A program made the translations under genes and the position numbers. This document shows positions 1 through 9,866 of a stretch of DNA of 64,000 nucleotides, piece by piece. Each line of letters opens with the position of its first letter. The first letter of the stretch is position 1. This DNA comes from Dehalococcoidia bacterium (GTDB taxonomy: Bacteria; Chloroflexota; Dehalococcoidia; UBA2979), in contig OZ253555.1 of assembly GCA_965262725.1 (NCBI GenBank), positions 2,176,001 through 2,240,000 on the forward strand, given 5' to 3'. The notes below the pieces were generated by a model. The model ran no database searches and was not told where the DNA came from. It saw nothing but the letters and a program-made list of their open reading frames with translations.

Positions 1-1
1 C

Positions 2-244
2 CAGTTCCTCCGGGCGAACGGGATCGAGATGTCGCGGCTGATCCCCGTCCACGTCGCCCACGAGTACTTCCGCCCGATGGCGGTGGGGAGCGTGATCGAG
101 ACCACGTGCACCGTGGTCGAGCGCTCGGAGTCGCGGGGCCGCGACCGCGTCACCTTCGAGTTCGTGACGTGTGACGAGGAGGGCCGGATGCTCATCCGGC
201 AGCGGGACACGATCCTCCGCATGCCGGCCGGAGGTGAGGGGTAA
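2..244 (+). CDS. MaoC/hotdog-fold dehydratase-like protein (5'-truncated by window)
   Basis: Frame is open from the window start; 'HEYFRPMAVGSVIETTCTVVERSESRGRDRVTFEFVTCDEEG' is a typical hotdog C-terminal half; a second MaoC-like gene follows 2 nt later. Confidence 0.7.
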   Translation, partial: QFLRANGIEMSRLIPVHVAHEYFRPMAVGSVIETTCTVVERSESRGRDRVTFEFVTCDEEGRMLIRQRDTILRMPAGGEG

Positions 245-246
245 CG

Positions 247-681
247 ATGGCAGCCGACTCAGCAGCCGGCCCCGGGACCCAGCTTCCCGAGCTGCGCGTG
301 CGGGCACAGAACGTGCAGGCGCGCGCCGGCCGGGACGAAGAAGAGAACATCCACGACGACGCGACGGCGCAGCGTCTCGGATTCCAGCGCGGCTTCGTCG
401 CCTTCGGGCAGTCGCTGGGATGGATGTCGAGGATGCTGCTCGACTACTTCGGGCCGGCCTACGTCGAGAGCGGGCGCTTCGAGTGCCGCTTCAGGTCGCC
501 GATCTTCGACGACGACGATGTCGCCATTCGGGGCGAGATCACCGAGCGCGTCGAGGAGCCGGGGGGCGTCCGCCTCGTCTGCGACGTCTGGATCGAGAAG
601 GAGGACGGCACCCGTGCCGTCGTCGGGACCGCCAGCGCGCTCGTCTCCGCAGACGGTGGCGGCGTGGCACCCGGGGCCTGA
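247..681 (+). CDS. MaoC family dehydratase
   Basis: 'NIHDDATAQRLGF..G' hydratase motif and 'RFRSPIF'; GAGGGG SD upstream. Confidence 0.8.
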   Translation: MAADSAAGPGTQLPELRVRAQNVQARAGRDEEENIHDDATAQRLGFQRGFVAFGQSLGWMSRMLLDYFGPAYVESGRFECRFRSPIFDDDDVAIRGEITERVEEPGGVRLVCDVWIEKEDGTRAVVGTASALVSADGGGVAPGA

Positions 682-739
682 TCGGGCCTGGCCGGAGGTC
701 CCGTCGTAGCCAGGCGCCCATGCGAGGAATTCCCCGGGG

Positions 740-1729
740 CTACCCCTCGCCCGGCGCCGGTCCTCCGGGAACGTCGCCGGCGGGCTCCAGGCGCGTGTAC
801 CGAACGCCCGTGAGTTCCTCCGACATCGCCCAGAGCCGGTGCGCGTCCGCCTCGCTGCGGGAGGCTCGCGACGATGACACCACGACCGGGTGGCCGCGCT
901 CCTCGAACGGGCCGCGCGGCCCGTAGTACCGGCCGCTCGTCGCCGCGGGGTCGACGGAGGCGCGCAGCGTCGGGAGCGCCCCCATCTCGGGGCCCTGTAC
1001 GAGGGCATTGAAGAGCCGGAGCACTCCCGGCGGATGCCAGCGACGCGTCAGGTTGTGAGCGAGATTCGTCGCGGAGAGGCCCGGATGCGCCGCGAGGGAG
1101 AGCGTCCCGGCCCCGGCGCGCTCGAAGCGCCGATGCAGCTCGTACGCGAACAGCAGGTTCAGGAGCTTCGACCGGTAGTAGGCCCGCAACGGCCGGTAGC
1201 CGCCCGTCTCGTAGAGCAGGTCGTCGAGGTCAAGCCGCGCCCTCCGGTGGCCCATGCTGCTGACGGTCACGACCCGTGCTCCCGGCGTGTCGAGCAGCAC
1301 GTCGAGCAGCCTGCCCGTCAGGGCGAAGTGGCCCAGGTGGTTCGTTCCGACGTGGCGCTCGAAGCCGTCGTCGGTCACGCCGTAGTCGACCCCCATGATC
1401 CCGGCGTTGTTCGCCAGCACGTCGAGGCGCGAGTAGCGGGCCGAGAACTCCCGGGCGAATCGCTCGACGGAGGCGAGGCTGGCCAGGTCGAGCGCCAGCA
1501 GCTCCGCCCTGGCGGCGGGCACGTCCGCCCGCAGTGACTCCATCGCGCGCGCGCCGCGTTCGGGTGAGCGGCAGGCGAGGACCGTCTCGGCGCCCCTGCG
1601 CGCGAACTCTCTCGCGGCCTCAAGCCCGATACCGCTGCTGCTTCCCGTCACCACCACGACCATCCCGGTCAGGTCCGGGATGTCCGCCGCCGTCCACCGC
1701 TCACGCCTCTTCCTGATCGCCATGGGCAT
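740..1729 (-). CDS. Short-chain dehydrogenase/reductase (retinol-dehydrogenase-like)
   Basis: 'WTAADIPDL.G..VVVTGSSSGIG', NNAG, 'TNHLGHFALT', YxxSK; start ATG 1729 or 1723. Confidence 0.9.
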   Translation of the reverse strand: MPMAIRKRRERWTAADIPDLTGMVVVVTGSSSGIGLEAAREFARRGAETVLACRSPERGARAMESLRADVPAARAELLALDLASLASVERFAREFSARYSRLDVLANNAGIMGVDYGVTDDGFERHVGTNHLGHFALTGRLLDVLLDTPGARVVTVSSMGHRRARLDLDDLLYETGGYRPLRAYYRSKLLNLLFAYELHRRFERAGAGTLSLAAHPGLSATNLAHNLTRRWHPPGVLRLFNALVQGPEMGALPTLRASVDPAATSGRYYGPRGPFEERGHPVVVSSSRASRSEADAHRLWAMSEELTGVRYTRLEPAGDVPGGPAPGEG

Positions 1730-2059
1730 CGTGGCCTCGTCCTGCTGGGAGCGGCTGGATTCGGAGAAGCGGATCGTACCCGGGACATCCCGACGGGAAG
1801 GCATGCGCGCGGGCCCCGGGCTGCTCTCGCTCCCGGGCTCTCGCGATCGTAGCAACCGCGCTCCGCCCGGCACTCTCGTCCCCCGGATGCGATGACGGCG
1901 GCCGAGTTCACCACCCCGGCAACACGCCGCCCACGCTCGGCGGGGGCCGCCTCCGCTCGCCCGTCAGGCCACGACCGGCCACCCTGCAGGCGACGGGCAT
2001 CGCCATCCTCGCGGAGCCGCCGATTCTCGCCCCCGCCGGGCCGGCGCCGATCGCCCCGG

Positions 2060-4384
2060 CTACGGCGGCACCTGGACGATGCGGACGCCGGGGGCGTCGA
2101 AGACGACCGGCCAGCCGGAGAAGCGCTCCGCGACGCCCACGCCGTGCTGGCGCCGCTCCTCGGAGCCGAGGTAGACGTGCGTGACGCCGCGCCCTGTGAG
2201 CAGCAGCCGCGTCTCCTCGGTGGCGCCCTCCGCGTAGGCGCGCTCCACGAGCGCGGTGATCTCCGCGAGCGGCGGGTCGCGGCGCCACTGCAGCTGGTGT
2301 CCCGGCCAGCCGAGGAGCGTCGGGATCCCGCTCGCCGCGGAGACGCGGTTGCCGGCGCCGTAGCTCGGGCCCACCGCCTCCAGCAGCAGCGCCCTCGCCG
2401 GCTTGAGCTCGGCGCGCGCCCAGCGCACGGCCGCCGCCTCGCCGGGCGCGACCCGGTCGAGGAAGGCGAGCGCATCGACGCTCGGTACCTGCCCCTCGCG
2501 GCTCCGGGCCACCGCCGCCGCCGGCGCGTAGGCGAGCGACGCGAGGAGCAGCACCAGTCCCGCTCCCGCGAGCGCCGCCGCCCCCGCGGAGAGGGCCCGT
2601 GGCCGCCCCGGCACCGCGACCGCGCGCGGAGCAGCGCCGCGCCACCGCGCGACGGCCAGCCCCGAGGCGACGCCGCCCGCTGCAGCGAGCAGGAGCCAGG
2701 CGTGGAACCAGAGCTTGAAGACGGTGTTCATCCGCGTGCCGAAGGCGTCGGTGAGGAAGAGGAGCTCGGTGGCGAGCAGGAGCGCCCCCGCCCCCGCCGC
2801 GAGCCCGAGCGCCGCGGCCAGGGCGCTGTGCCCCTTCCGGTCGGCCGCGGCCGCGAGCGCCCCGGAACCGCCCGCGGCGAGCACGAGCGCGCACAGCGTC
2901 AGCCAGCCGCTGCCGCGGTCGAGGAGCGGGCCCGGGCCGGCCACGGCGAGGGTCGCCGCCGCCCACGCGGCGACCGGGGCAGCCGCGAGCATCACTCCCC
3001 GCCCGAGCGCGCGGCGGCTCGCCCGCGGCCGGAGCCACGCCCCTGCGAGCGCGACGGGGAGCGCCGGCGCGAGCCAGAAGAGCGCGAAGCGAAGTGGCTC
3101 CGAGCCCCCGCCCGCGACGAGCGCGAGCCCGAGATCCGGCCGCTCAAGGGGGATCACGAAGGGGAGGGCGAGCGCGATCGCACCGAGCGCCGGCAGGAGC
3201 AGGTAGCGCACGCCGCCCAGCAGGGCGAGGGGCCACGGCCAGCCGACGCGCCTGAGAGCCGCCGCCGCCGCGAGCAGCCAGACGGCGCCCCAGGTCACCA
3301 CGTCCCACGAGTTCGTCATGACGAGCGCCGCGTAGAGCGCCGCCGCGAGGCCGAGCCGGGGCGGGTCGGCGAACCAGCGCCGGGGCGAGAGCGGCGTCTG
3401 ACCCGAGAAGTCCCCCGCTGCGAGCGCGAGCGCGGCAACGCCGAGCGGGAGCGCGAGCAGGTGCGCGTGGAGGTCGCCGAGCAGCAGCGAGAAGGCGGGA
3501 AACTCGGCGATCACGCCGGGGAGGAGGCGCGTCGCGTCCCACCACCACCAGAAGCGGTCCGGTACGAGCCCGGTCGCCCCCTCCGGGCCCGGCAGGCCGT
3601 CGACGCCGAGCGCCGAGGCGAGACCACGGCCGACGCCGTTCGCCCCGGCCACCTCTACTGCCCCGGCGAGCGGTGCGAGCCAGAGCAGCGCGATCACGGA
3701 GACGGCGGCGGCGACCGCCGGAGCGAGCCACCGGGGCCCGCCGCCGGCGTTCCCCGGCCGGGAGGCGCGCCGGCGGAGCGCGAGCAGGTCGAGGGCCAGC
3801 CCCGACGTGGCGACCCCCGCCGCGGCCCCGGCCGTCACGACGCCGAGCGTGAAGGCGGGGCCGACGCCCACGGCGGCGAGGGCCGCGAGCGCGTCCACGG
3901 CGACGTGCCCGAGGTAGTAGTAGGAGATCGGCTCCCCCGCGAACCAGGGGTCGGCCGGCGGGAAGACCTGTGCCGAGTCGATGGCCGTGAGCAGCCGCAG
4001 GTCCATCGGCTTCTCGGTGCCGACGACATCGGGCGCGCGCGAGCGCACGAGCACGAGCGCCCCGTAGAGGAGAAGGAAGAGGAGCTCGCCCTGAAGCAGG
4101 AGCCGGCGCTTCGCCCAGACCGCGCGCCAGAGCTCCGGCCGCCGCCACGCGAGGTAGGCGGAGAGCGAGAGGAGCGCCGCGAGAGCCGCCCACGCCGCTC
4201 CCGCCCCGTAGCCGATGCCGACGGCGCCGGGGAGCCAGGCGAGGTAGGCGAGGAGGGCGAGCCCGAGCGCCCGCGTGTAGAGCACGCCCCGGCTGGGGAG
4301 CGACCGGAAGAGCAACGCGGCCGGGAGCAGACTCGCCCCTCCCACGAGCGCGAGCGCCGCATACCAGGAGAGCGCGTCGGCCAT
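2060..4384 (-). CDS. DUF2298 / Chlor_Arch_YYY-type polytopic membrane protein (putative GT-C-like glycosyltransferase)
   Basis: 'GTEKPMD', 'DPWFAG..ISYYYLGH', 'EFPAFS.LLGDLHAH', 'TNSWD', 'RMNTVFK' motifs and many TM segments. Confidence 0.85.
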   Translation of the reverse strand: MADALSWYAALALVGGASLLPAALLFRSLPSRGVLYTRALGLALLAYLAWLPGAVGIGYGAGAAWAALAALLSLSAYLAWRRPELWRAVWAKRRLLLQGELLFLLLYGALVLVRSRAPDVVGTEKPMDLRLLTAIDSAQVFPPADPWFAGEPISYYYLGHVAVDALAALAAVGVGPAFTLGVVTAGAAAGVATSGLALDLLALRRRASRPGNAGGGPRWLAPAVAAAVSVIALLWLAPLAGAVEVAGANGVGRGLASALGVDGLPGPEGATGLVPDRFWWWWDATRLLPGVIAEFPAFSLLLGDLHAHLLALPLGVAALALAAGDFSGQTPLSPRRWFADPPRLGLAAALYAALVMTNSWDVVTWGAVWLLAAAAALRRVGWPWPLALLGGVRYLLLPALGAIALALPFVIPLERPDLGLALVAGGGSEPLRFALFWLAPALPVALAGAWLRPRASRRALGRGVMLAAAPVAAWAAATLAVAGPGPLLDRGSGWLTLCALVLAAGGSGALAAAADRKGHSALAAALGLAAGAGALLLATELLFLTDAFGTRMNTVFKLWFHAWLLLAAAGGVASGLAVARWRGAAPRAVAVPGRPRALSAGAAALAGAGLVLLLASLAYAPAAAVARSREGQVPSVDALAFLDRVAPGEAAAVRWARAELKPARALLLEAVGPSYGAGNRVSAASGIPTLLGWPGHQLQWRRDPPLAEITALVERAYAEGATEETRLLLTGRGVTHVYLGSEERRQHGVGVAERFSGWPVVFDAPGVRIVQVPP

Positions 4385-4427
4385 CCACCCCGCCTCAGGG
4401 CTCCGCCGCCTGCCGGGGCGGCTTCCG

Positions 4428-5387
4428 CTATGCGCCGGCGGGTGCCGGCTCCGCCAGCAGGGCGGAGACGAAGCCCGCCGGGTCGAAGGGGGCGAGGTCA
4501 CCCGCCTCCTGGCCGACGCCGACGAAGCGCACCGGCAGACCGAGCTCGCTCGCGACCGCGAAGACGATCCCTCCCCTGGCGCTCCCGTCGAGCTTCGTCA
4601 AGAGCAGGGAGGTGACCTCGGCGACCTCGGTGAAGGCGCGCGCCTGTTCGAGGCCGTTCTGGCCCGTGGTGGCGTCGAGCACCAGCAGCACCTCGTCCGG
4701 CCCGCGTCCGAGCTGGCGCTCGATGACGCGGCGGATCTTCGCCAGCTCGGCCATCAGGTTCTTCTTGTTGTGGAGACGCCCCGCCGTGTCGACGAGGACG
4801 AGGTCGTGGCCGCGGGCGCGCGCCGCCTCCACCGTGTCGAAGGCGACGGCCGCCGGGTCGCCGCCCTGCCGGTGGGCTACAACGTCGACCGAGAGGCGCT
4901 CCCCCCACTCCCTGAGCTGGTCGATGGCCGCCGCGCGGAAAGTGTCGCCCGCCGCCAGGATGACGCTTTGCCCGTCCTGCTGGTAGGCGTGGGCGAGTCG
5001 CGCGATCGCCGTGGTCTTCCCGCTCCCGTTCACGCCGATGACGAGCACGACGGCCGGCGGCTCGGGTGGCTCCGCGCCGGGACCCCAGAGCCGGCCCGGC
5101 GCGCTCGCAGCCGGCCCCTCCAGCAGCGCGACGAGTTCGGAGGCGAGGAGTTCGCGCAGATGCGCCTGATCGCGGGGGCCCGCTGCGCGCACGCGCCCCA
5201 GCACCTCCATGCTCGTGCGCACGCCGGTGTCGGCGCCGATGAGCGCCTCCTCGAGCGACTCCCAGAGCTCGGGGGTGACCCCGCCCCCGAGGAGCCCCCC
5301 GAGCCGGCCGAGCCATGAGCGCCTGGTGCGTGCGAGCGCCCGCCCGGTCGCCTCATCGGAGTCGGCGCGCGGGCGGAACAGTGGCAC
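4428..5387 (-). CDS. ftsY: Signal recognition particle receptor FtsY
   Basis: GVNGSGKTT, DTFRAAA, DTAGR, TKLDGSARGG; GTG start with GGAGG SD. Confidence 0.96.
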   Translation of the reverse strand: MPLFRPRADSDEATGRALARTRRSWLGRLGGLLGGGVTPELWESLEEALIGADTGVRTSMEVLGRVRAAGPRDQAHLRELLASELVALLEGPAASAPGRLWGPGAEPPEPPAVVLVIGVNGSGKTTAIARLAHAYQQDGQSVILAAGDTFRAAAIDQLREWGERLSVDVVAHRQGGDPAAVAFDTVEAARARGHDLVLVDTAGRLHNKKNLMAELAKIRRVIERQLGRGPDEVLLVLDATTGQNGLEQARAFTEVAEVTSLLLTKLDGSARGGIVFAVASELGLPVRFVGVGQEAGDLAPFDPAGFVSALLAEPAPAGA

Positions 5388-5574
5388 GGCGACCTCCCAC
5401 GGGATCTCCCGACGGTCCCCCGGCGGGGGCGCGGCGGGGTGAGCCCTCGCCCCGGATCGTAGCGAGTCGCGGCGCACGTGCGCCACGCGGGCCCTGCTCC
5501 TCGCCCTGTGGCACACTTGGCCCGCCAGCCGCGCCGCGGCCGGGGGAACGGGGATTCCGGGCGAGGGAGGATCG

Positions 5575-6051
5575 ATGACGACGACGGCGGAGCGGCGCGA
5601 GCAGATCGCGGACGGCCTGCGCACGAGCGCGGAGCGCGTGCGGGCGCTGCGCGATGAGATGGTGGCGGGCGGCGACAGGCCGCTGCTCCGGGGCGAGTGG
5701 AGCATCCGCGACGCGCTCAGCCACATCGCCGCGAGGTCCAACCCCGTCGCGCTCGTCCACCAGCGCATCGCCGAGCAGGGGCAGGAGCGCACGCTCACGG
5801 TCGACGAGATCAACCACGGCCAGGTCGAGGAGCGAAGCGACCTCACGGTCGCGGGGCTCGTCGACGAGATCCTCACCGGCGCGGAGGCCGCGCTGTCCGA
5901 GCTCGACACGCTCACGGACGACTTCCTCGATCAGACCGTGAAGGTCAGCTTCGGCCCCGGTGAGATGGCGGCGAGCGCGATCGTCCTCTTCGGGGGCCCC
6001 CGCCACTTCCTCGAGCACCTCGGCGACATCGAGGAGGCGCTCCGGGCATAG
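5575..6051 (+). CDS. DinB/YfiT-like four-helix protein
   Basis: 'WSIRDALSHI' and C-terminal 'H..EH..DI' pattern; GGAGG SD. Confidence 0.75.
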   Translation: MTTTAERREQIADGLRTSAERVRALRDEMVAGGDRPLLRGEWSIRDALSHIAARSNPVALVHQRIAEQGQERTLTVDEINHGQVEERSDLTVAGLVDEILTGAEAALSELDTLTDDFLDQTVKVSFGPGEMAASAIVLFGGPRHFLEHLGDIEEALRA

Positions 6052-6073
6052 CCGCCCCGGCCCCCGGGGCGGC
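6051..6073. terminator. Perfect 10-bp GC hairpin between convergent dinB-like gene and smc
   Basis: GCCGCCCCGG-ccc-CCGGGGCGGC; no U-tract on either side. Confidence 0.4.
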
Positions 6074-6076
6074 CGG

Positions 6077-9000
6077 TCAGCCGGCGGCGGGGAGATCCTC
6101 CAGGCGTAGCGAGAGCACGCGCGACACGGAGTCCTCGCCCATCGAGATTCCGTAAATCGCATCGGCGTTCTCGATCGTGTGGCGGTTGTGCGAGACAACG
6201 ATGAACTGCGAGCGCGCCGTCAGCTCCCGCAGCGTCTCCACGAAGCGCTCGACGTTCGCCTCATCCAGCGCCGCGTCCACCTCGTCGAGCACGCAGACCG
6301 GCGCGGGATTCACCGAGAGCAACGCGAAGAGCAGCGCCACGGAGGTCATCGAGCGCTCTCCTCCCGAGAGCATCGCGAGGCTCGTGATGCGCTTGCCGGG
6401 AGGCTGCGCCGTGATCTCGACGCCCGGATCGGAATCGCCCGCCTCGGGCGGCTCCTCCACGCCGATGCCCGCTTCTGAGTCCTCGTCGCCCGCCGCTGCC
6501 GAGCGCTCCAGGCGCAGCTCGGCGCGGCCGCCTCCGAAGAAGCGCCGGAAGTACTCGCCGAACGCGGCGTTGACCTGCTCGAACGTCTCCGTGAAGCGGC
6601 GCCGGATCAACCGCCTGAGCTCGGCGATCGCGCCGCGCAGCTCGTGCTCCGCCGCCTCCAGGTCGCGGAGCTGCCCGGAGAGGAACTCGACGCGCTGGCG
6701 CTCCTCCTCGAGCTCGGCGAGCGCATCGACGTTGACGGGTCCGAGCGTGCGGATGCGGGCCCGCAGATCCGAGATGCGCTCGCGGAGCTCCTGAGTGTCG
6801 ATGGTCGTGCCGCCGCGGAGTGGCGGCATCGGCGGCGTGGCGGTCTCGGTTGCCGCCTCGCCCGGGGCGCTCTCGGTCGCGTCGTCATCCTCGTTCCGCT
6901 CGCCCGCGCCCGCGTCGAGCGACCCGTCGTCGAACTCCGACCTGGGCGGGTCGGCCGCGCCGTCGGGGAGCGGAGCGCGCACGTGTCCGCGCTCGTCGAC
7001 CACCATCCCCTCGTCCGCGATCTGCGAGAGAGACGTCTGAACGGCCTCCTCGTGTCGTGCGAGCTGCGCCTCCGCCTCGAGCAGGGCGCGCTCGGTGGCG
7101 AGCTGGCGCAGCTGCGCATCTGAGCGACGCGCCGTCACCTCGCGCTCCGTCTCCTCGACCTCGTCCAGCGCGCTCCGCGCCGGCCCGACGCGCGCGCTCG
7201 CCTCGGCGAGGAACTCGCGGGCACCCTCGAGCCGCTGCCCCAGGCCGGTGATCTGGAGCGCGAGATCCTCACGCTCCCGCCCGGCGGCCGCGAGCTGCTC
7301 GCGCCGCTCGGCGAGGAGCTCGCGGGCCCGGCGCTGCGCCGAGGTGCGCTCCTCGCGGCGTGCCTCGGCCGCCCGGCTCTCCCCCGCGAGGCTCGCGAGC
7401 GAGGCCTGCGCCGACGTGACCCGCTCGATCGCCAGGTCGCGCTCGGCGACAAGCGCCTGCGAGCGGTCGCGCAGCGCTTCGAGATCCCGGGCCACGGTCT
7501 CGACCTGCGTCTCCGTCTCGCGAAGGCGATCCTCGTAGCCGCCGTCGACCCGGGCGGCGGGCGCCCGGAGCGCCCCTCGGATGCCGCGGAGCTCCGCCGC
7601 GACCGGTGCGAAGCGGCGCCCGAGCGACTCCCGCTCGGCGTCCACGTCGCGGCGCTCTTGCTCTGAGCCCTCGATGGCGCGCCGGGCGGCATCGACGAGC
7701 GAGCGGGCGTCGGCCACGACGTCCTCCTGCCGCGTGAGCCGCGCGCGCGCCTCCTCGACCTCGTCGCGCGCCCGCTGCTGCTGCTCCGGAAGCTCGTCGA
7801 GCTCGCGCTTGAGCGAGAACTGCTCGCCGGCGGCGCCGCCGCGCCCGCCGAAGAGCGCTCCGCCCGGGCGCAGCAGGATGCCGTCCCGCGTCACGACGGA
7901 GCCGAGGCCCCGCGTCAGCATCCGCCGCGCCGTGGCGAGGTTCTCGACGACGATCGTGCGCCCGAGGAGCGCGTCGATGAGCGGGCGGTAGGCGCGCTCG
8001 GTGCGGACGAGGCGCGCCGCCACGCCGATGACCCCGCGCTCGTTGCGGAGGTTGAGCGGGGGCGAGCCGCCGATGCGGTCCAGGGGGTAGACCGTGGCGA
8101 ACCCGGCGCCGTGGTCGCGCAGGAACTCGAGCGCCTCGAGGGCCGCCTCGTCGTGCTCGACGACGATCGACCCGATCTGCTCGGCGAGCGCCGCCTCGAT
8201 GGCGTCCCCGAGGTCGTCCGGCACGCGGATCAGCTGGCCGACGGTTCCCACGATCGCAAGAAGCGGCTGCGGCTCCGGCGCCCCGCCCTCGCCCGTCGCG
8301 TGCCCCCCCGCCTGAAGCAGAGCCTGCGCTCCGGCGTCTGAGCCCGGGACCTGTTCCGAGAAGCGCTCGACGAGCCGCTGCCGCTCCTGGAGCTGCTCCA
8401 CCGACGCCTGGGCGTTCGCCAGCGCGGCCGTCATCCGAACGAACTGGAGCCGCTCATCCTCCAGCGCGCGCTCCACCGCGCCGCGCCGCCGTCGCGCTTC
8501 CTCGAGATCACGGGCGAGCGTCGCGGCGCGGGCCGTGAGTGCGCGCATGCGCGCCCCGTACTCGCGCGTGCGCTCGAGGAGCTCCGCGCGCCGCTCGAGT
8601 GCGTGCGTGCGATCGCGGTCCTCGCGCTCGGCGGCCTCTGCGTCTCGCGCCGCCCGCCGTCTGAGCTCGTCTCGCTCCGCCTCGTGCCGCGCGCGACGGG
8701 CCTCCGCCTCGGCGAGCTCGCGCAGGAGCGCCCGCGCCGACTCGTCGCTCGCCGCCAGCGCCTCCCGCTCGCGCTCGGCGAGCTCCCGGGCGGTCGCGTA
8801 GCGGCCCGAGAGTTCGCTCACCTCCTGCGCTTCCCGCTCGTCCCCGTCGGGGACCGCGTCCTGCTCGCTCAGGGCGCCGCCCAGCTCTCCGATGTCGCGC
8901 GAGAGCTCCGCGGCGCGCGCCGCGAGCAGCTCGTCGCGCTGCGTCACGAGCGCGTTCTCCTGCTCGAGCCCGCGCACCATCTCCCGGAGCGTCCGCTCGC

Positions 9001-9865
9001 TCGCCTCTCCCTCGGAGAGCGTGCGCATGAGCGTCCCCCGCTGCCGCTCGAGCGTCTGCGCGCGCTCCTCGATGGAGGTGAGCTCCTGGCGCGCCTGCGC
9101 GAAGGCCTCGCGGCGCTGATCGTGGTCGGCGCGGGTCGCGGCCAGCGCCTCCTGCGCCGTGCGCAGCTCCGTCTCGAGGTAGAGCGAGAGGACGTCCGAG
9201 AGTTCCCGCGCCAGCTCGCGGTAGCGCCGTGCGCGGCGTGACTGCCGCTCGAGCTGGCGGACGCGCGGCTCGATCTCGCGCAGCAGCAGCCGCACGCGGC
9301 CCAGGTTGTCGCGGGTCGCGGTGAGGCGGCGCGCCGCGAGCGCGAGCTGGTGGCGATGGCGCCCGAGATCGGCCGCCTCCTCGACGAGGCCCCGCCGCTC
9401 GCGGGGCCGGAGCGCCAGCACCTCGTCGACGAGCCCCTGCGACATCATGGCGTAGCTGTTCTGGCCGACCTGGGCGCGGCGGAAGAGGTCGAGCACGTCG
9501 CCGAGCCGGACGCGCTGCCCGTTGACGCGGTAATCGTTCTCGCCCGAGCGGTCGGCGCGGCGCGTGACGGCGACCTCGCCGTACTCGACGGGCATCCAGC
9601 CCTCGGCGTTGTCGAGGGTCAGCGTGACCTCGGCCGCGCCCAGCGGGCGCCGCTTGTCGGAGCCGCTGAAGATGACGTCCTCGGTGCGGCGCGCGCGGAT
9701 CTGGCGGGCCGACTGCTCTCCGAGCGCCCAGCGGATCGCGTCCGCGACGTTCGACTTGCCGGAGCCGTTGGGGCCGACCACGACGGTGATGCCGGGCCCG
9801 AACTCGAAGCGCTGGCGGTCGGCGAAGGCCTTGAAGCCGTGCAGCTCGAGCGAGCGCAGGTGCAT
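6077..9865 (-). CDS. smc: Chromosome segregation protein SMC
   Basis: 'MHLRSLELHGFKAF', GPNGSGKSN, coiled coils, hinge, LSGGE, 'VLDEVDAALD'. Confidence 0.97.
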   Translation of the reverse strand: MHLRSLELHGFKAFADRQRFEFGPGITVVVGPNGSGKSNVADAIRWALGEQSARQIRARRTEDVIFSGSDKRRPLGAAEVTLTLDNAEGWMPVEYGEVAVTRRADRSGENDYRVNGQRVRLGDVLDLFRRAQVGQNSYAMMSQGLVDEVLALRPRERRGLVEEAADLGRHRHQLALAARRLTATRDNLGRVRLLLREIEPRVRQLERQSRRARRYRELARELSDVLSLYLETELRTAQEALAATRADHDQRREAFAQARQELTSIEERAQTLERQRGTLMRTLSEGEASERTLREMVRGLEQENALVTQRDELLAARAAELSRDIGELGGALSEQDAVPDGDEREAQEVSELSGRYATARELAEREREALAASDESARALLRELAEAEARRARHEAERDELRRRAARDAEAAEREDRDRTHALERRAELLERTREYGARMRALTARAATLARDLEEARRRRGAVERALEDERLQFVRMTAALANAQASVEQLQERQRLVERFSEQVPGSDAGAQALLQAGGHATGEGGAPEPQPLLAIVGTVGQLIRVPDDLGDAIEAALAEQIGSIVVEHDEAALEALEFLRDHGAGFATVYPLDRIGGSPPLNLRNERGVIGVAARLVRTERAYRPLIDALLGRTIVVENLATARRMLTRGLGSVVTRDGILLRPGGALFGGRGGAAGEQFSLKRELDELPEQQQRARDEVEEARARLTRQEDVVADARSLVDAARRAIEGSEQERRDVDAERESLGRRFAPVAAELRGIRGALRAPAARVDGGYEDRLRETETQVETVARDLEALRDRSQALVAERDLAIERVTSAQASLASLAGESRAAEARREERTSAQRRARELLAERREQLAAAGREREDLALQITGLGQRLEGAREFLAEASARVGPARSALDEVEETEREVTARRSDAQLRQLATERALLEAEAQLARHEEAVQTSLSQIADEGMVVDERGHVRAPLPDGAADPPRSEFDDGSLDAGAGERNEDDDATESAPGEAATETATPPMPPLRGGTTIDTQELRERISDLRARIRTLGPVNVDALAELEEERQRVEFLSGQLRDLEAAEHELRGAIAELRRLIRRRFTETFEQVNAAFGEYFRRFFGGGRAELRLERSAAAGDEDSEAGIGVEEPPEAGDSDPGVEITAQPPGKRITSLAMLSGGERSMTSVALLFALLSVNPAPVCVLDEVDAALDEANVERFVETLRELTARSQFIVVSHNRHTIENADAIYGISMGEDSVSRVLSLRLEDLPAAG

Positions 9866-9866
9866 A

